Source: Candidatus Thorarchaeota archaeon (lineage in GTDB: Archaea > Asgardarchaeota > Thorarchaeia > Thorarchaeales > Thorarchaeaceae). From it: a stretch of 64,000 bases of DNA. Numbering within the stretch: position 1 is the first letter of the stretch; each line of letters starts with the position of its first letter. Of the stretch, positions 18,495 to 32,000 are shown in pieces. The stretch covers positions 1 through 64,000 of the forward strand of contig JBHLRQ010000002.1 of the NCBI GenBank assembly GCA_048882385.1, given 5' to 3'. Both the position numbers and the translations under genes were made by a program. The notes beneath the pieces are model-generated. The model was not told the origin of the DNA. It saw only the letters and a program-made list of their open reading frames with translations, and made no database searches.

Positions 18495-21400
18495 TTATTG
18501 CTCCTTTTCTTTGTCTTCCTTCTTGGCTTCTTCTTCAGCTTCTTTTTGAAGGATAGACTCCACATCCTGCACAAATGCTTCCATTGGATCCAATTCAGGT
18601 TCTGGTTCTGCTTCGGGTTCTTTCACAACCTCTGCCACTTCCTCTTCCTCCTCTTTTGGTATCTCATATTCTAATTCTCCAATAGGTTTCAGCATCTCAT
18701 CAGAACCGTCAGCCAAGGCTAATCCTTGTCTCTGAAGAATTGTCTGGATTCCAATTGGAACAATCACTCCTCTGTCTTGGAGATGTAGAAGTCTATCCAA
18801 GACCTGTGCTTCAGTCCTATCCAACATCTCACCGAGAGGTTTCAAGAGATTCTTTAGATAGAACTCACCTCTTTCGTCTCGTACAGCACCTATGTAATCA
18901 AGGATCTTTGCATCCAATTTGGAAACTTTCTGTGTTGGACCAAACCTATGAGGAAGATGCCACGCATAATTGAAAGCTGAATTGAGAGTTGAAACAACCC
19001 ATTCTGGATCAAAACAATCAACAACTCCAGTCCATCCATCAAGGTCCTGGTCATATTGATTCTCAAACAGCTCAACAAAGAACTGGAGTCGGTCTCTCAA
19101 GAGTGGTGTCATTTCTCCTCCCAAGATAAGGATTCCAATGATGTATTGTCCACTGTAGCTGTTCAAACGAAGTCCATGATACTGAATCTCTTCTAAAGTT
19201 CCGCGAACACCATCACCCTTTATCTCTCCGTAAACACTGGTTATTGCAGCGATGAATCCGCTGATCAAATCTGGTTGAATCCGTTCCTCAGTGAATGGAT
19301 GATAGAACACACAAGTCCCTCTATCAAGATATACTGCCATGAAGTGCTGGATTGTTTCAAGGTCTCTAAACATCTGAAGCTGGTTTTCGAGTCCCTTCTT
19401 TGCAGCCTTCTTTTTCGGTTTTACAGTCCTGTTATATCCAGTGGCCACAATACCTAGTAGAGCTATAGCAAATACAATCATGAGGCCAATGCCGCTGGTG
19501 AAGAATGCTAACAGAAGAGAAAGTGGACTGACGCCGACTCCTGCAACTTCAGTCATCTCTGCATTCCATCTTGTTCTGCTCCCATCATAGATGGCACGTG
19601 CAGTCAGTCTGTCAACATTTCCAAAGGGAACTTGGAAACCAACTGATGCAACACCTTCTGTATTGGTGGTGTCAGTCATTGTCGGACCAGTGTATTGGAT
19701 AACTGTGCCGTTGTCAAAATGCACAGAAACTTCGAAGCGTATCAATTCTCCCGGTATTGCGGGATTACCAGTATTGTTAGACCTCAGAGTTGCTATGACT
19801 TCCATGAACTGACCAGCAATCAGGTCTCCATCGAATGTCACCTGTAGATAGACTGCTTCCTTGGCAAGAACTGTAAAGTCAGTCTGGCTCGTAGCAGTCA
19901 CAGCGTATTGAGCAGAAGCAGAAACATCGATTGTGTAAGAACCGGGCGAAGATTCCAGAATAATCTCTATGGTATAGACTCCAGCTGAATATTCAAGAAC
20001 ATAGTCTGTTCCGTCCAATGTCATAGTGACAGTAGCGCTTGTGATTGCTGTATTGAATACTGAGTCTTCATAGGTCACTGTGACTGTGAGGTTCCACTCC
20101 TCATATTCAGAACTGACATGCACAACGTCAATTGTAGTTGTAGCACTTACGGTCAGATTGAGTTCCATTTGGTCAGAAACATAACCCGTCCTTTCGACGT
20201 ACACATTGAATGTTTCAATTCCTCTTGTGTTGTCTGGGACAATATTGAAGGTGTATAGTCCTCCAGCTCCTGCCAATAATTGATAGGGATTACCAAAAGC
20301 AATGAACGATACATTCGCATCTGTAATTGGGCTACCAGTCGAATCTGTCAGAGTGATGGTAAGAGGAACACTCGTGGCATAGTCAGTAGTTTCAGAATCT
20401 CCAGACCACGAGCTACTGAGATTTGGAGTGTCTTCATATACAATGAAAGTTGCAGTATCGTTTCGCGTGGTGTACCCATCAGCTGTAGCTCTGACCATAA
20501 TATCCCAAGCACCAAGGTAGTTAGATCCCAAAAGAGTAACTTCCCATTTTGCTGATATAGGGTTAAATACAAGATTAACTGGCGCTGATCCGTTGAATGT
20601 GACTCGTACAACAGTGTTACTATCAATTGGAACTGAACTATAATTATATGTGACTTGAATGAATAGACTCTCAATATATGAGATGTTCAGAGTAGATGGA
20701 TTATACTCTACACCGAATACCTCTCCTGTCTGACTGCCAATTGTGATCATGATTGTGGCATCAAATTGGGCTTCGTATCCTGCTTTCCAAGCACTCACAT
20801 TCAAAGCAAAAGTTCCTGGAACTCCTGTGAAGTTCTCACCAGTTAGTTCAATCCACCAAGTTTCTGTTAGTGGGTCCCAAGCCATGTCATATGTCGACCC
20901 CTGGAATGTTACATTGACTGTTGCGCTTGTGATTCTTGTATCATCAAGCATTCTATAAGTCACAGTGAGATTTGTACTATCCAAATATGCAATGTCATTT
21001 GTGTTTGACCAGCTCCAGTTGAGAGCCCGGGTCTCATGAATCAGCGTTACACTTACTGTTAGACTGAGGTTCTCAAGAGCAGATCCCTCAGCATAGATGT
21101 AAAGATTATAAACTCCATCAGCCATGGAAGTGGTCGAAACTGTTGCTGTCCATCTACCTCCACCACCGTCAATTAGCGAGGTGTTACCGGATCCAAAATC
21201 ATAGGAAACTGCAGCAAGAGAAATATCAAGTCCTCTGGCTGGGAAAATTTGGTCAAAGTTCACTCCAATGTCAAATGTGTTTTCAGTAAAAGCTGATATG
21301 ACCATATTATCTGCAACCAAAGTAGTTGCATAATAGACAAAAACATCTGCTACAGAGTATCCAGCTTCTGTTCCATTTGTCCAAAATACTTCAATTGAAT

Positions 21401-22922
21401 GTGTCCCGTTCCCAGTGGTATAGGCACTTATGTCCCAGATGAATGAAGACAAACCCTCAGTTGCAGTTGTTTCAACGGGGGAATAAATTTGACTACCAGA
21501 CTGAAGGACTGTTAGATTTGTTGTTCCACCATTCAAAGGATTACTCAAGCTATCCTCGATTGTTGCATTGATATCAAGATCTACAAGGATACTAACTTGT
21601 CCACCTACTACTGAATCATCGGATCTGTCGAAAATGTCGAGAGCAGTGATGTAATTAGGTGCTGATGATGACAATGTCCAAGCTCCATCAGTCATTGCAA
21701 TACATTGAACGGTTGTACCATATTTCGTATTTGTGCCAACAATTGGAGTCGATCCATTATACAGATTTATCGGATTCCAGTCTGACTGTACTGTGAAGTT
21801 GAGAAACCGATTGAGGGTACCAGAAACGGAAGGATAGGTAATAGTTGTAGAAGAGTTCCATTCTACATTGGATAAAGGCGTATCTGAAAACCAATTTGTA
21901 AAAGCTGTACCTGTTTTCTTGTACCAGAGAGTTAAATCATAATCCACATACGCAGACTGGTTAGTGTTCAATTTTATTGATGTAATATTAGCTAGTTCAT
22001 TTGTAAATGTCCATGAAAATCCAGTCATAGTACTCGAATTCGCTTGTAGTGATAGACTCTCCGGATTGAAGAATTGGAGTGCTGTATCAGAAGTTCTATT
22101 CCATGGAATATAGGTATAGTTGAAGAGAGGTTCAAGAGTGGCAGGCTGCCATACACCATTTCCCATAATGTAGGAATTGAATACTCCTGGTGCATCCTCT
22201 GAACCCCAGTAGATGCTTGGAAGCGTTGGGATCGGTAATCCTGCTTTCTTAAGTAGTGAACCATTGATTATTGCCCAGTATATTGAGTTTGCATCAAGCT
22301 CTGCAGATTCTCCTGGAATGGTTGACCACAAAAAGACGGCATCATGAGCTGTCATGTTAACTCGAGACGTGATTGCAGATGATGTTGTGTAGTCGCTCAT
22401 AATAGAGAATGATGCATTTCCTCTTGTAGACGGAGTATAGTCATCGGTACTATAGTATATTGAGTAATTTTGTAATGAACCATTGAACGGTTGATTATAG
22501 AACCCTTGAGCTAGTTGGGAATAATTTGTTGGGCCTGATTCAAGTATCCAAAAGAACGGATTTTCATAAGTGACTCCCAATACTTCTCTTTCAGGTGCAG
22601 CCTTTAGACTACTCACATCCATTTCTACTTTATAGATATGCCAGCCCGGTATAAGATATCCAGAAAGGTCAACGTCGCCCGAATGCACAACTGTGTTGGA
22701 ATATGTGTTTAGAATTGTTGTCTGCAAAGTGTTCAGAGCTCTTGACATATATGCTGATGTCGGAAGTGTGACTCCTGCTTGACCCGCTGATGACAGAGTA
22801 AGCGTAGGTTCTTGAACTCTGTTGGTGATTGAAACAGGACTGGTAATATCAAACTGATTTATTGTTGTAGGAATGGTCAACATAAATAAGACAATTACCA
22901 ACGAAATGGTCGTCTTTCGCAT
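18495..22922 (-). CDS. Single-pass surface protein: signal peptide, large ectodomain with Ig-like repeats, TM helix, cytoplasmic longin-like + winged-helix domains, acidic tail
   Basis: MRKTTISLVIVLFMLT; T/S/N-rich beta repeats (A.K.GY, A.ADGY); TM near 19440-19525; GTCVFYHPF...IQPDLISGFIAAITSVYGEI. Confidence 0.8.
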   Translation of the reverse strand: MRKTTISLVIVLFMLTIPTTINQFDITSPVSITNRVQEPTLTLSSAGQAGVTLPTSAYMSRALNTLQTTILNTYSNTVVHSGDVDLSGYLIPGWHIYKVEMDVSSLKAAPEREVLGVTYENPFFWILESGPTNYSQLAQGFYNQPFNGSLQNYSIYYSTDDYTPSTRGNASFSIMSDYTTSSAITSRVNMTAHDAVFLWSTIPGESAELDANSIYWAIINGSLLKKAGLPIPTLPSIYWGSEDAPGVFNSYIMGNGVWQPATLEPLFNYTYIPWNRTSDTALQFFNPESLSLQANSSTMTGFSWTFTNELANITSIKLNTNQSAYVDYDLTLWYKKTGTAFTNWFSDTPLSNVEWNSSTTITYPSVSGTLNRFLNFTVQSDWNPINLYNGSTPIVGTNTKYGTTVQCIAMTDGAWTLSSSAPNYITALDIFDRSDDSVVGGQVSILVDLDINATIEDSLSNPLNGGTTNLTVLQSGSQIYSPVETTATEGLSSFIWDISAYTTGNGTHSIEVFWTNGTEAGYSVADVFVYYATTLVADNMVISAFTENTFDIGVNFDQIFPARGLDISLAAVSYDFGSGNTSLIDGGGGRWTATVSTTSMADGVYNLYIYAEGSALENLSLTVSVTLIHETRALNWSWSNTNDIAYLDSTNLTVTYRMLDDTRITSATVNVTFQGSTYDMAWDPLTETWWIELTGENFTGVPGTFALNVSAWKAGYEAQFDATIMITIGSQTGEVFGVEYNPSTLNISYIESLFIQVTYNYSSVPIDSNTVVRVTFNGSAPVNLVFNPISAKWEVTLLGSNYLGAWDIMVRATADGYTTRNDTATFIVYEDTPNLSSSWSGDSETTDYATSVPLTITLTDSTGSPITDANVSFIAFGNPYQLLAGAGGLYTFNIVPDNTRGIETFNVYVERTGYVSDQMELNLTVSATTTIDVVHVSSEYEEWNLTVTVTYEDSVFNTAITSATVTMTLDGTDYVLEYSAGVYTIEIILESSPGSYTIDVSASAQYAVTATSQTDFTVLAKEAVYLQVTFDGDLIAGQFMEVIATLRSNNTGNPAIPGELIRFEVSVHFDNGTVIQYTGPTMTDTTNTEGVASVGFQVPFGNVDRLTARAIYDGSRTRWNAEMTEVAGVGVSPLSLLLAFFTSGIGLMIVFAIALLGIVATGYNRTVKPKKKAAKKGLENQLQMFRDLETIQHFMAVYLDRGTCVFYHPFTEERIQPDLISGFIAAITSVYGEIKGDGVRGTLEEIQYHGLRLNSYSGQYIIGILILGGEMTPLLRDRLQFFVELFENQYDQDLDGWTGVVDCFDPEWVVSTLNSAFNYAWHLPHRFGPTQKVSKLDAKILDYIGAVRDERGEFYLKNLLKPLGEMLDRTEAQVLDRLLHLQDRGVIVPIGIQTILQRQGLALADGSDEMLKPIGELEYEIPKEEEEEVAEVVKEPEAEPEPELDPMEAFVQDVESILQKEAEEEAKKEDKEKEQ

Positions 22923-23048
22923 ATTGATACCTCTATATCATTCGGGACAGTTTGTGGCGTCCGATTATGAAGTCACATCCTTGTCTATTACATGTTAGTG
23001 GGACGGACAACGAGAATTATGAAATTCGTTATATCAATCTATCCTGCT

Positions 23049-26000
23049 TCAGTCCCCACCACGGAAACGAATTCTTCGAAGCTTTCCATCTCTGACCTCT
23101 TCAAAGGCTGGGTTCGATTCAAGGAGTTTCTTCACCATTGCTCCCGCCTTACTGGTAGTTATCTCAAGCGATTGAGCAATCTGTGCTCGAGTGAGTCCTT
23201 CTATGTTTCCTCTGATTTGATCCTGAAGTAAGTCCATTTCGCCTTTAGGTGGAGGAGTCATTGAGGAGGGAGCAACAACTGGTTCAGCAATAGAAACTGA
23301 TTCTGTTCCTCTCCCTCTTCGTCGTCGTAATACTATCAGACCAGCAATTGATCCTCCTCCTCCCACAATAATTGTGAGAGTCAGCGGATCTTCAAAGAGT
23401 GATATTATGAAAGAAAGCATGTCCATTCCACCTGGAGAAACTTCTCTAATTTCTGTGTTAGAAACTGCAGGCCACTCGCCAATGCTGCCTTCAAACTCCG
23501 CCCATACTGTTAGTTTCGTTGCATCAGATGGAACATTGAACTCAAGTAAATCACGAGCTACTTCGATGATCTCATGAGGTGACGCTTGTCCTCTTTCAAT
23601 GATAATATGAACAGCTACTTCGAAACCGGTAATAGAACCTGATTCATAACTCGCCTGAATAACTATCTGAATTGTTTGACCTGCTTGTACTTCTTCATCT
23701 ACTTCAATCACAAGTGTGTACAATATCTTTGGTACGATATCAAGCTGAATCTCTCCGGTTTCTGTTTCGCAATCAATAGCTGATGCAGTGAAGTTGAGAA
23801 TATACGATCCTGGAGCCAATGACCCAAGCCAGATATCAACAGAGTATTCTTGAGAATCTGAATCGTAGAATAATGGATATTGAAATCCGACTAATTCAAT
23901 TGTGATTTCTCCCCAATCGACTATAGTAGCATGAGGCCCATCGTATATCTGAATTGCAACGGTTATTGTTTCGTTTTCGAACTGCTCGATCTCGTCCACA
24001 AAGGACAAAACAATTGGTAGTTCAATAATCTCGATCTCTACACCGCCATTACCTGCGATGTATCCTGTTCTAGAGAATGTCGCATTGAGCTGATAGATTC
24101 CTATATGTAGAGCATCATTGTCTATTTGGATGTTGTATGTGCCGTTTCCAAAATCAACAATAGAGAAGGTGTCTGGCCAGACGACAGCTGGCTCATATCC
24201 AGAAATACCCACCAAATTCTTGTTGTCCATCCATGTGAAGGACACCGTAATCGAATCAAATGGAAAGACCTGATAAAGCACGTCATCAAAATCAACACTA
24301 GTTGGAATTGCATCGACAGTCATGTCGAATGAGTTTGTGTCCGGCTCAAAGCCAAATGCATCGACAGACACAACTACTGAATGCATTCCTAGACCCGCAG
24401 TTGATCCTGTGATGGTGAAAGTCCAATGATCAGTGACCCATAGGACTGATTGGTCGATACTGTCAATAGTCACTGTACAGGTCCCGCCTGTCACTGAGGT
24501 GGTGTTCAGAAGCTGGTAGTAGATATTTAGAGTCATACTTTCGTCATAATAGATGGTTGCATTCGATATTATGATAGTGAGATTTGTCGGAGCTAAGGAT
24601 ATTGTCAATAGTCTAGAATCCCAGCCATCAGCATAACCTGTCTTGTTTGCAGTCACCGTAACATTCCAAACTCCTATACCAATATCACTTGCTTTCATGC
24701 TGAAGTGCCACTTTTTGTCAAATGCACTATATGTAAGGGTGTAAGGTGTGCCATTAATCGAAACTTCAACAGTTGCACCGACAATTGGTTGATAGTCTTC
24801 AGTATAGACGACTGACAGATTTACAGTATCTATGAATGAAGCCTCTAAACTCAATGGCTCCCAAGTGGCAATAAAGGAGTTTGCTGCAAGAGTCACATTG
24901 ATTCCTATGGTTAAGTTTGTCTGATACTGATATCCATAAAGCCATGCATTGATAGTTGCAATTCGTTCTCCAATACCAAGTTCTTGACCTGGAATTGATA
25001 CACTCCATATATCTGCAGAATAAGTCAGGTTGTAAAATCGACCGTCAATACTCACATTGACAATGGCTGTTTCAGGGACATCCCCTTCATAGAAAGTATA
25101 GTCCACAGTCAAGTTAAGTAAATCAGTATACTCGATTGTAACATTGGATGGTTCCCAAGTTACAGCTAGAGGATCAGTTGAAACCGGATTTACTGTGAGT
25201 ATTATGCCCAAGGACTCACTGTACTCGTATCCATATACTTGAGCTCGAATATCAGCAACATGACCGCCCAATGACAGATTGTTTCTCGTCAAGGTAGTAA
25301 TCCAAAGGCTTCCGTCGAAGGTCAGGCTGTATGTATTCGTTCCATCAATGGTGATGTTTACCACTGTGCCCACCGAAGGAACCGTAACACCAGTTCCATT
25401 GTAATAGTAGTCTACAGTAAGGTCAATATCCTGAAGATAGTCAACAACAGTTGAGGACCAGACAATTGTGAGGTTTGTCAAGGCTTTCTCTATAGTGAAG
25501 CTTATCGATAGTGATATGACCGGATCATATCCAAACTTGCTGAAGTTGGCCCAGACATTATGCAGTCCAAGGTCGAATGTGTTGTTGAACTCAATCCAGT
25601 ATGCACCAGCAGTTCCATGGAGTATATACTCTGTACTATTCACATAGACTAACTTCGTGGTTGCATTTTCAATTGGCGAACCTTGGGAATCTAGAAAGTC
25701 AAACGATAGAATTACACTCTCAGTCCAGTCAATGGTATACGACGTCCATGATGGAGTGACAGTTGGGGAGTCTGTTCTCAAAATAAGTGATGTTGAGGGT
25801 AATTGTGCTACGTAGACAGGAGCAGATGCTTGAATATCGACTGTAAATGTTCCTAGGCCTGGTGGAATTTGATCGCCATCAAAACGGACCTGATATGCAC
25901 CTGCAGTATCATTCCAAGCAAGGGTCCATGGCGGATACACTCCAATTGTTGCATTAACTATGGCTCCAAGAATGTCTGAGCCGTTACTCATCCTATAGAC

Positions 26001-29000
26001 GACTGATAAGACAGTGTACTCGACATAGGTAATGTCGTTCCCGTTTGTCCAAGATACATCAATGGTTGTTGGGTCTCTAGCAAGGGTAAGACTGGATGAA
26101 TTCGTGGCATCCACATAACCATAGAGTGTTGCTTCAATCAATATTGAATGTGTCCCAAATCCTGGTGGAGAATCACTCCCATTGAACCTGATACTGTACA
26201 TGCCTGCTGTTGAGTTCCAATCTAATACCCAGGTCTTCACTCCAATAGTCACATTTACACTCGCATCCTGAATGGATGACTTATTGGACATTCTGAAATC
26301 AACATAGAGGACAGTATAATCGAAAAATGTTACATTGTCATAGTTCGGAGCTCCCCATGAGGTCACAACTGTTGTTGGCTCTGGAACTATTGTGAGGTAT
26401 AATGTCCAATCTGGCCAAGGATCAAAACCATAGGCTGATGCATTGACAACTAGGTTAAATGTATCAAATCCAAGCGAACTATCGCTACCATTGAATTGAA
26501 TTCTGTAGGTTTCACTACTAGGATGCCATTTGAGATCCCAGAGTTCCCCATTAACTGTCACATTCACAGTTGCTCCAGCAATTGACACTCCATCAGAGGT
26601 AGTATAGTTTACTTGAAGTACCGTGAAACCAACATAGGTTATTGTACTTCCCCCTAGCAGTTTACTTTCTAAATTGACATTCTCACTGATTATTGTCAGA
26701 TTATAGTCTATGTTGACTGTCATTTCATAACCTGGCTTCACCCCTCTAATCGATAGTCCAAATGAACCTAGTCCTGGCCAACCTATGGAGTCATTCTTGA
26801 AGGTAATCTCATAAAGACTACTAGTTGAATTCCAGTCTAGAAACCAAGGACCTGATCCAGCTATCGTCACATCTACTTCTGCATCTGGAATCTCATTTCC
26901 ATCACTTGATGTATAATTGACAAGAAGAGTTGTTGATTCAACAAATGTGATTGAATGACCATTGGACCAACTTGCTGTGATCGATGTTGGTTCATCATTT
27001 ATGGTCAAGAATTGTGATAAATTAGTTAAACCAACATGATTGGCTTTCCAAGCCTTGATGAGTAACTGATGTGTACCTATTCCTGGAGGTTCATCTGTTC
27101 CCAACCATGTGTATTCATACGCTTTAGATGTATCATTCCAGATTGCTAGTCTAGTTATCACATGCGTTATATTTACCAATGCACCAGAAATCGGTGTTCC
27201 ATTACTCATAAGATAAAAGATTCTGATTTTTGTGGATCCAATATACGTAATAGTATCACTTGGGTCCCATTCAAAGACAAAATGTGTTTCTTCAATATGA
27301 ATTTCCAATTGCTCGTCTGTGTTTGTTATGTTGATGTATCCAAATTTCGATGCTCTAATTTCCACTGTGTGAGTTCCATAACCTGGAGGGTCTTCATCTC
27401 CAGAAATATAAGCCTCGTAAGTTTCATTATTCGGATTCCAGATGAGTTCCCAGAATCTTCCGTTTATTGTGACATTAACAATAGCATCCGGAATTGAATC
27501 AAAATTACTATCTTGATATCTGACAGAAAGCAAGGTTTCTTGTACGTAGCTTATGTTGTATCCATTTGACCAGTTGATGACAATACTAGTTGGTTCTTTA
27601 TCTATGGTTAGGATCTCATCTTCAATGAAATGTGTTTCAAAATCATCTTTCAGAGCGTATATTTCAGTAGTGTGGATTCCAAAACCAGGTGGATTATCAG
27701 TTCCATAAAATGTGTGCTCATAATATTCTCCAATCAGAGATAATGGGAATATTGTGCCATCAATTGAGATGTAAACTGTCGCACTATCAATTATAGTTCC
27801 ATTGAACATAGAATACCTTACTCTCAGAGTTGTTTCTTCTATGTATGTAATCGTATCAGTATTCGACCACGTGATTTCTACTAAGGTAGGAATGACTGGT
27901 AAAGTTAGTTTCTTTGTATCACCCGTCTGACTCACATATCCATACTTCGAAGCTTGTATCGTCAGATTATGTGTTCCCACTCCTGGAGGCCAATCTGAGC
28001 CATTGAATCTGACTTGGTACAACAAAGCAGTTTCATTCCAAACCATATCCCACGAGTTTGTGCCGATTGTAACGCTTAACGTTGCATTTGTGATTGTGGT
28101 TGTATTACTCATACGATAATCAACAAAAAGGAATGTGTGTGCAAAGTAGGTCAAATCATTGCCATTAGACCAACTAATTACCAAGTCTGTAGATTCTAAA
28201 TTTACAGTCAAAGTTTCATCAGTGTTATCTTGTTGCTCAAATCCATTCAATGTTGCATTGACAGTCACTGGGAATGTTCCAACACCAATGTCTGGGTGAT
28301 TACCACTTAGAATGAGCATGTACATCATTGAGAATTCGTTCCAATCGAATATCCATTCCCTAGAGGCTATTGTCGCATTGATACGGGCACCTAGGACCGG
28401 CGAACCATCACTCATGGAGAAGTTTGCATAGAGCACTGTATTTCCAACATACGAAATTGTGTCAGACACCCACCACGAGAGTTCCAGCGATGTATTTTCA
28501 ATTTCAATGGTGAACCAGTAGGTGTCGTTGGTTTGGGTCTGAAATCCAAATTTAGATGCGCCAATAATAACATTGTACGTTCCGATATCAGGTGGATTAT
28601 CAGTCCCATTGAATGTTATTTCATATGCCAGATTGCCTACATTCCAATCGAGAGTGAATAATGTTGATCCTATCAATGCTGTAACATTTGCATCGATTGC
28701 AATCGGAGTTGTATCATTCATTCGGTACATGATTGATAACGTTGTTTGTTGAACATAGGTGATTGTAGTTCCATTAGACCATGATATGTCAATACTTGTA
28801 GGCTCCACAGTGATATTGAGATAGGATGCTTTCGACCTATCATTATATCCGAATAGATCTGCAAGAACAACAACGCTGTGATTACCAAAGCCCGGAGGGT
28901 CGTCTGATCCATTCAAAGTGATGCGATAAGTTTGGGACCCTTCATGCCAAATCATTTCCAGAGGTGATGCTCCACCTAAACTCACATTGACCATGGCATT

Positions 29001-32000
29001 TCGAACTGCTGTTCCATTTGCCATTGTGAAATTTGCAGACAAGATGGTTTGCTCAATGAAGGTTATGTCATTCCCATTTGACCAGATAAGAACTAAATCT
29101 GTTGTTTCTTCGCGGAAAATCATTTGGGATATATTGTTCTTTTCGACGAATCCAAACAGATCCGCTTGTATTGTGAGAGTATGTATTCCAAATCCTGGAG
29201 GACTATCAGCCCCAGAAAACCTTACCCTGTATGTCTGAGTTGGGCTATCCCACTCCAAATTCCATGGGGGATAGACACCAATTGTTACATTGACAACTGC
29301 TCCTAATATTGGAGAACCATCACTCATAGTGTAATTTGCAATAAGATAGGTTTCTTCAACATATGAGATGTCATTACCTGACAACCAGGACACAACAAGA
29401 GCAGTGGGTTCTTCGTTTATTGTAAATGGAACCAAAAACTCATTCTGATCAATATGTCCATGTTTACCAACCAAAATTGTTAGACTGTGAGTATCAATTC
29501 CAGGTGGAGCGTTTCCTTCAAACACATATTCATAGACTGAACCATTAAACACTAGTATGAATGGATCTAGAGTTCCAATTGTGACATTGACTAATGCGTC
29601 AACAACAGGTGACCCATTGCTCAGCGTGTAGTTCACAATAAGTGTTGTAGACTCAACATATGTGATGACATTCCCATTAGACCACGTGTAGGTCATGGAT
29701 GTGGGTTCAAGAGATATGGTCAATGAAACACCAGTTTCATCTTTGGTTGCGTGACCGTGTTTATCTGCCATGATTGTAAGAATATGACCGCCAAAACCGG
29801 GAAGTTCAGCATCGCCATTAAACACATACTCGTAAGTTGCACCATTTAAAGTTAGATTGTAAAGGTCTGTTCCAATGGTAACATTCACGATTGCGCCAAC
29901 AACAGGAGAACCATCACTCATCGTGTAGTTCACAATCAATGTTGTACTCTCAAGGTACGTAATGTCATTACCATTGATCCACTCATATGTCATTGTAGTT
30001 GGTTCTTCTCTAATATGCAGAGTTTGCATTGTATCGGATTGCGCTTTGTGGCCCGCCTTCCACGCTTCAATGGTGAGGTCATGTAAACCAAAACCTGGAG
30101 GAACATCAGTTCCGTTGAAGGTGATTCTGTAAGCACTAACATCATCCCAGGTCAATGTCCAATTCTTTGCATTGATTGTAACATTTACTGTCGCACCCGG
30201 AATGGGAGTGGATCCTGTCACTCGATTGTAGTAGACCACAAGTTCTGTTGTTTCGATGTATGTGATATTATTGCCATTGGTCCATTCAACGGTTAATGGT
30301 TCAGTATCATGAATTAAATCCACACTGACCTGAATGCTCTGGTTTTGGAGTGCAAATCCCTCAGTATAGATGTCAACTAGATATGTCCCTGGATTCTTTC
30401 CCGTGGTTGGGATTGTAGCAGTCCATGTACCGTTGTTGTGGTCAGTCATACTGGTATTAGTTCCGCTGTCGAAAGAGTACACTGCCTCTATAGCAGCACC
30501 ATAAAGCCCTTGGGGCGTGAATGTGTCTTCAAAGTAGACTCTCACCTCCAAGGTACTCTCTGTGAAACCATCGATTTCAGAATCCGTGGCTGTCAAAGAA
30601 GTTGGATAGTAAACTACCAGTTCTTTCACCAAGTAGCCTGCATCAGTTCCATTAGCCCAAGAAACTTCGATTGTGAATGCACCATTATCCGATGTTGTAG
30701 TGTCGATATTCCAGAGATAATTAGTATGTCCATTACTCACACTCTGGTTTGATGGGGACCATATGACTGATCCGCTCTTGGTAATCGTAAGATTTGCTAG
30801 TCCTGTATTCACAGGGTCCGAGTCTTGCTCCAATATGGACATATTGACATCGACATCAGCAAGAATTGAAGAAAGACTACTCAACTCATTGTCATTTGAG
30901 GAATCATATGTGTGAACTGCTATAAGGTGATTAAATGATGAAGCTTCTAGACGCCATAAACCATCCGTCATACTTGCGCAAATCACCGTTGTACCAACTA
31001 CAACGTAACTCGTATGATTTGTCATTGGAGCTGAGCTTTCATAGAGTCCTGTAATTATCCAACTATTTGCTTTTGACATATTGAGATATTTCGATATTTG
31101 TCCTGACACACTAGGATAAGAAACACTAGTACCTACACTCCAATGTACTAATCCACTTGAAGGAGTGATTTCCCAAGAAGTTGTTGTTGAAGATTGTCTT
31201 TCATAGAACAGAGTCATATTATAGTCGAAGTAGACGGATTGGTTTGTATCAAATGAGATGCTTGTTATGTTCTTGTTCGCCGATGAAAAAGTGAAGCTGG
31301 ATGTAGTGATGGCTGTCGTATTTCCTCTCAAGTCTACTTTTTGGGGAGAAGAGAATACTAACGGCGCATCTGATGTCTGATTCCATGGTATGTATGAATA
31401 ATTCAACAAAGCTTCAAGTGACAATGATGCCCATCCACCAGGACCTCTCTGATATGATCCAAAAGTTCCTGCACTATTTTCTGCGCTCCAGTAGATAATT
31501 GGATATGTCGGGAAGGGATCTCCTGCTTTTGATAAAGTCGAACCATCTATTACAGCCCAATACACAGTATCTGCAGACATTGATGCATTTCCTCCTGGAG
31601 ATGTAGTCCAAGAGAGAACGCTGTCTGATGCTGTCATATTTACTGGAGTTGTGATATCCGTAGCACTGTCCAAATCTGATGAGCTTCCACTACGAACGAC
31701 TAATGAAGCATTTCCTCTAATTAGTGGATCATAGTCGTCTGTAAGATAGTAGATTGAGTAGTTGACAAGAGCTCCATCATGAGGTTGATTGTAGAATCCC
31801 TGCGCAAGCTGCGAATAAAAGAGAACTCCCTCTTCAAATATCTTGAAATTATAATTCTGAGGAGTGACTCCAACTACTTCTTTTTCAACTGCCCCCTTGA
31901 TACTAACTGTATCTATTTCTATCCTGAATAGTTTCCAGCCAGCAACTTGATAGTTTGACAGGTCAAGCATTGTGTTATGAGTGACTGTATCTCCATATGA

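Noticed and set aside
23700-30600. CRISPR-like or DGR-like repeat array
   Set aside because: Repeats are ~300-bp degenerate in-frame coding units with no spacers, cas genes or reverse transcriptase
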